A stretch of 20,000 nt of DNA, from the IMG/VR virus record IMGVR_UViG_2860837431_000002, positions 111,608-131,607 of that record; one strand, written 5' to 3'. This stretch comes from an uncultured virus (IMG/VR IMGVR_UViG_2860837431_000002) (lineage: Duplodnaviria; Heunggongvirae; Uroviricota; Caudoviricetes). A program made the translations under genes and the position numbers. Below, piece after piece: positions 17,730-20,000 of the stretch. The stretch's first letter is position 1. The number at the start of each line of letters is the position of its first letter. Under the pieces are notes generated by a model, which ran no database searches, had not been told where the DNA came from, and worked only from the letters and a program-made list of their open reading frames with translations.

Positions 17730-19364
17730 TTGGAGTTAAAAAACATTGTCAATTCTTACAACATCACAAATATTTTAGGTTATCTTAGACGTTCTCGTCA
17801 GGACATGGAACGAGAAAAAAGAACAGGTGAAGACACACTCACAGAGCAAAAAGAACTCATGAATAAAATACTTACGGCCATTGAAATCCCATATGAATTA
17901 AAAATGGAGATAGGATCTGGAGAAAGCATCGAGGGTCGCCCTGTTTTTAAAGAATGCCTAAAAGATCTTGAGGAAGGCAAATATCAGGCAATTGCAGTTA
18001 AAGAAATAACAAGACTTAGTCGTGGGAGTTATAGCGATGCAGGACAGATTGTTAACCTTCTTCAAAGCAAACGATTGATCATAATTACACCATATAAGGT
18101 TTATGACCCTAGAAACCCTGTAGACATGCGCCAAATTCGTTTTGAATTATTTATGGCTAGAGAAGAATTTGAAATGACTAGGGAGCGTATGACAGGAGCT
18201 AAATACACTTATGCAGCACAAGGGAAATGGATATCTGGACTTGCACCTTATGGATACCAACTAAACAAAAAGACGTCTAAACTAGACCCAGTCGAAGAAG
18301 AAGCAAAGGTTGTTGAACTAATATTTGATTTATTCCTGAACGGTCTAAATGGAAAGGATTACAGTTACAACGCAATTGCGACTCATTTAACCAATCTGCA
18401 AATCCCCTCCCCTGCCGGAAAGAAAAAATGGAATCGGTTCACTGTAAAAGCCATTCTTGAAAATGAAGCTTATATAGGAACTGTTAAGTATAAAGTCAGA
18501 GAGAAAGAAAAAGACGGCAAGAGAACAATTAGACCTGAGAATGAACAAATAATTGTACCTGACGCACACACTCCTATAATTGATAAAGATCAATTCCAGG
18601 AGGCAAATAAAAAAATCGAAAACAAAATACCTTTGCTGCCAAATAGAAGCGATTATAAATTAAATGAATTGGCTGGAGTATGTATTTGTGCAGATTGCGG
18701 TGGCCCATTGTCAAAATACGAAGCCAAAAGAAAGAGACAAAATAAAAACGGTACAGAAAGCTTATATCACGTTAAAGTGCTCAGATGCCTCAATAACAAG
18801 TGTATGAATGTCCGATACAATGATGTTGAAGAATCCATTCTAGATTATTTAAAGTATCTACAGGCGCTAAATGACAATGAACTTACGAAACATCTTGGTA
18901 ATGTGATTCAGTCTCATGAAAACAAAAACAATATCAGATCAAAAAAGCAAATGAATGAACAATTTGAGCAGCGAGAAAAAGAGTTGAAAAACAAATTGAA
19001 TTTCATATTCGATAAATATGAAAGTGGCATTTACTCTGATGAAATATTCCTGCAGCGGAAATCAGTCTTAGACAAAGAGCTGCAAGAGCTTAAAAAAGCA
19101 AAAGACGAGATAAATGGCCTTGTTGATTTTAAAGGTGGTCTTGATATCAACCAACTTAAAGAGAACATAAAAAATGCAATTGAACTATATGAGTCATCTG
19201 AAAACAGAGAAGAAAAGAATAAACTGCTCAGAATTACGTTGCAGAAAGTTATAGTTAAAATGACAGCAAAGAGAAAAGGCCCAATACCTGCACAATTTGA
19301 AATTACACCAATTCTAAGATATAACTTCCTAATCGGGGAAACAGTCAGCAGCTACGAATCGTAG
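17730..19364 (+). CDS. sprA: Large serine recombinase / integrase SprA (YokA)
   Basis: GYLRRSRQD catalytic Ser motif, ITRLSRG, recombinase domain APYGY, zinc ribbon CADCG...CLNNKC and a coiled coil. Abuts attR. Confidence 0.96.
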   Translation: MELKNIVNSYNITNILGYLRRSRQDMEREKRTGEDTLTEQKELMNKILTAIEIPYELKMEIGSGESIEGRPVFKECLKDLEEGKYQAIAVKEITRLSRGSYSDAGQIVNLLQSKRLIIITPYKVYDPRNPVDMRQIRFELFMAREEFEMTRERMTGAKYTYAAQGKWISGLAPYGYQLNKKTSKLDPVEEEAKVVELIFDLFLNGLNGKDYSYNAIATHLTNLQIPSPAGKKKWNRFTVKAILENEAYIGTVKYKVREKEKDGKRTIRPENEQIIVPDAHTPIIDKDQFQEANKKIENKIPLLPNRSDYKLNELAGVCICADCGGPLSKYEAKRKRQNKNGTESLYHVKVLRCLNNKCMNVRYNDVEESILDYLKYLQALNDNELTKHLGNVIQSHENKNNIRSKKQMNEQFEQREKELKNKLNFIFDKYESGIYSDEIFLQRKSVLDKELQELKKAKDEINGLVDFKGGLDINQLKENIKNAIELYESSENREEKNKLLRITLQKVIVKMTAKRKGPIPAQFEITPILRYNFLIGETVSSYES

Positions 19365-19410
19365 TCATTATCTTGATAAACAGATAAAGCTGTATCTCCT
19401 GTGAACACAA
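19361..19410. other. attR site; 16-bp core ACAGATAAAGCTGTAT at 19380-19395
   Basis: Matches the SPbeta att core. The spsM reading frame (TDKAVSPVNTMGATK) starts exactly at the core. Confidence 0.9.
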
Positions 19411-20000
19411 TGGGTGCCACCAAGCTGTTATCTGAAAAGCTGTTTCATCAAGCAAACCGCCACGTCCAAAACAAAGGAACCTTGTTTTGTTCGGTCCGCT
19501 TTGGAAATGTTCTCGGTTCCAGAGGTTCGGTCATCCCCATATTATTTGAACAGATGATGGAGGGTGAACCTCTGACCATCACAGACAAAAACATGACCAG
19601 ATTTTTCATGTCAATAGACGATGCAGCTACATTGACATTACAATCGGCTGCTATTACAAAAGGCGGAGAAACCTTTATTTTCAAAATGGAATCACTGAAA
19701 CTTGAAGAACTGATTCATGGGTTTGAAGAATATGCATCGCAGCACGGGCTCCCGCGGCCGGCTGCAGTAGAAGTGGGCAAGCGTCCAGGTGAAAAGCTTC
19801 ACGAAGAATTAACATCTCCACATGAAATTGAATCACTGTATGAATGGGGCAACCTTTATGCAATCCTTCCAGAGCCGGAAAAACATCCTGACTTTCGCAA
19901 AGTCAATCTGCCTGGGTATCAATCAGATCAAGCCCCGCTCATTACGAAAGAAAGAATTGCTCAGATTATTGAAGAATTGCATCAAGAGAAAAAGGCATAA
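19380..20000 (+). pseudogene. spsM: 3' half of spsM (ypqP), a spore polysaccharide dehydratase gene interrupted by the prophage and restored on excision
   Basis: CapD/PglF motifs TDKAVxPxNxMGATK, VRFGNVLGSRGSVIP, MTRFFMSI and RPGEKLHEEL. The N-terminal NAD-binding part is missing, and GC is higher than in the phage DNA. Confidence 0.93.

Noticed and set aside
19352..19364. Palindrome CTACGA-A-TCGTAG at the sprA stop
   Set aside because: Only 6 bp with a 1-nt loop and no U-tail; may be chance or part of the att arm.
19401..20000. Stand-alone 199-aa gene starting at GTG 19401
   Set aside because: It is the 3' fragment of spsM. Homology begins at the att core and there is no SD.

Overview
Right end of an SPbeta/phi3T-like prophage of a Bacillus subtilis-group strain, integrated in spsM. 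In order, the window holds late tail genes (yomG/yomF/yomE-like), a zinc-ribbon HNH gene, a lysis module (BlyA amidase plus two holin-type genes), and a Rap-Phr cassette where SPbeta-168 carries the sublancin cluster. Next come LexA-boxed yolD-uvrX, an uncharacterised RecB/PD-(D/E)XK-like nuclease gene, an unannotated BsrE/BsrH-type type I toxin-antitoxin, an LXG toxin with SMI1/KNR4 immunity genes, and a SunI/YnzG-like pseudogene. The rest is yokF nuclease, a GNAT, a small membrane protein, a degenerate ~60-bp repeat array, the serine recombinase sprA, attR (ACAGATAAAGCTGTAT) and the 3' half of host spsM. blyA and the LXG toxin each carry a 1-nt deletion in an A-run, either real or an assembly error. 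The most unexplained elements are the repeat array at ~17075-17600 and the SOS-linked nuclease at 9637-10635. Comparisons with strain 168 are from memory and need alignment.
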